Positions 16,182 through 17,325 of a stretch of 17,325 nucleotides of DNA are shown here, piece after piece (positions within the stretch are counted from its first letter, which is position 1; each line of letters opens with the position of its first letter). The stretch lies in assembly GCA_037137395.1 (NCBI GenBank), contig JBAXKK010000056.1, forward strand, positions 1-17,325. Direction: 5' to 3'. The translations under genes were made by a program, and so were the position numbers. A model generated the notes under the pieces. The model was not told the origin of the DNA. It saw only the letters and a program-made list of their open reading frames with translations, and made no database searches. The stretch is from Elusimicrobiota bacterium (GTDB taxonomy: Bacteria > Elusimicrobiota > Elusimicrobia > Elusimicrobiales > UBA9959).

Positions 16182-16345
16182 GATTATCAGATTATAAGAT
16201 TATAAGATTATAAGATTATAAGATTATCAGATTCAAGATTTAAGATTGACTGTTTACGATTTACGAATTAAAGATTTACTCTTTACGCTTCCCGCTTTAC
16301 GCTTTACGAATTGAAGATTCAAGATTATAAGATTATCAGATTGGA
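16174..16345 (+). repeat. Mixed octamer/heptamer tandem repeat tract ((GATTATAA)x4, GATTATCA, GATTTAC/GCTTTAC variants)
   Basis: Four perfect GATTATAA units at 16190-16221; TTACGCTTCCCGCTTTACGCTTTACG at 16283-16308 is identical to 15469-15494. Confidence 0.9.
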
Positions 16346-16363
16346 AGATGGAGGATTGGCAAT

Positions 16364-17221
16364 ATGGACTCTCTTGTATTTAAAATTTCATGGCGTGTTA
16401 TCGCTTATCCGGCCCTCGCGTACGCCATCATCTCACTTATTTTATTCTATCTTTATGTACATCCTCGAAAGTACATAAGCGGGGTTAAGCCCTCGGATTC
16501 AGGAGTAATGTTTGAAGATGTCAGCCTAACCACCGCCGACGGCCTGAAGCTGGCCGGCTGGTTCATCCCCAATAAAAACAGCAAAAAAGCCGTCATCATC
16601 TGCCACGGCTATCCGATGGATAAGGGCGATGTCTACGGCATGACCTCATTCATGGGCAAGGACTTTAATCTCCTACTGTTTGATTTCCGCGGCCTGGGGG
16701 GAAGCGGCGGCTTCTTTTCCTCCGGCGGCACGAAGGAAACCGCTGATATTGACGCGGCTATAGCTTTCCTGGCGGATAGGGGCTTTAAAAAAGTCGGCCT
16801 TTTCGGCTTTTCCATGGGCGCTGCCACCATACTGATGTCTAAGAATCCCGCGGTCGCGGTCCGGGTGGCCGACGCGCCTTTCGCGGACATAGACGGGGAA
16901 TTGGATTATGTTTTTAAAGGATATGGCGCGCTCAGACGCCCGCTGATCTGGCTGATGAAATACTGGAGCTTTATATTCCTGGGCGCGAACATGGACCGCG
17001 TTTCACCTCTTAACAGAATAACGGAACTGACTCAGCCGGTGCTGCTTATACACGGCGATAAAGACACGCAGGTACCGGTTGAATCCTCGCTCAGATTAAA
17101 AGCCGCCAATCCGCGCGCCGAATTATGGGTCATCAATGGCGCGAACCACGGCGAGACCCTGGCGATAGCCGGGAACTCCTACGAGAATAGAGTAGTGGAT
17201 TTTTTTCAGAAAAATCTGTAA
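16364..17221 (+). CDS. Membrane-anchored alpha/beta hydrolase
   Basis: N-terminal TM helix; DGLKLAGWFIP, HG, FDFRG.G.S, GFSMG nucleophile elbow, LLIHGDKDTQV and ANH (Ser-Asp-His triad). Confidence 0.9.
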   Translation: MDSLVFKISWRVIAYPALAYAIISLILFYLYVHPRKYISGVKPSDSGVMFEDVSLTTADGLKLAGWFIPNKNSKKAVIICHGYPMDKGDVYGMTSFMGKDFNLLLFDFRGLGGSGGFFSSGGTKETADIDAAIAFLADRGFKKVGLFGFSMGAATILMSKNPAVAVRVADAPFADIDGELDYVFKGYGALRRPLIWLMKYWSFIFLGANMDRVSPLNRITELTQPVLLIHGDKDTQVPVESSLRLKAANPRAELWVINGANHGETLAIAGNSYENRVVDFFQKNL

Positions 17222-17237
17222 CCCCTTCCGCACAAAT

Positions 17238-17325
17238 CGGGAAGCGTAAAGCGTGAATCGTAAAGCGGAAAGCGTAAAACACAAACAGCAAGCAATCTCT
17301 ATTCCGCCTATGGCTTATGGCCTAT
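17238..17325 (-). repeat. Inverted copy of the heptamer-core-heptamer element at ~15422-15507 (runs off the window end)
   Basis: Reverse complement reads ATAGGCCATAAGCCATAG-GCGGAATAGAGATTGCTTGCTGTT-...TTTACGCTTTCCGCTTTACG...GCTTTACGCTTCCCG. Confidence 0.85.

Overview
Bacterial chromosomal window in which all convincing genes lie on the + strand. It opens with the 3' end (domain V/VI) of a group II intron. The genes then run: an apparently circularly permuted family-3 solute-binding protein, an AtoE-like short-chain fatty acid transporter, a DUF47-PiT phosphate pair, a B12-binding radical SAM enzyme, a secreted binding-protein/double-Cache fusion, an NCS2/AzgA permease, ferritin, a stand-alone receiver protein, surE, a secreted pilin-like protein, an HExxH metallopeptidase, pcm and an alpha/beta hydrolase. 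The pilin-like domain hints at Elusimicrobiota (recollection, low certainty). The most unusual content is intergenic: (1) two diverged, oppositely oriented ~170-nt structured elements with compensatory base changes flanking ferritin and the receiver gene; (2) two CGTC-tagged REP-like composite elements with stacked truncated heads and a shared tail; (3) a composite heptamer-repeat/unique-core element in inverted copies around pcm and the hydrolase. All calls are by eye; no searches were run.
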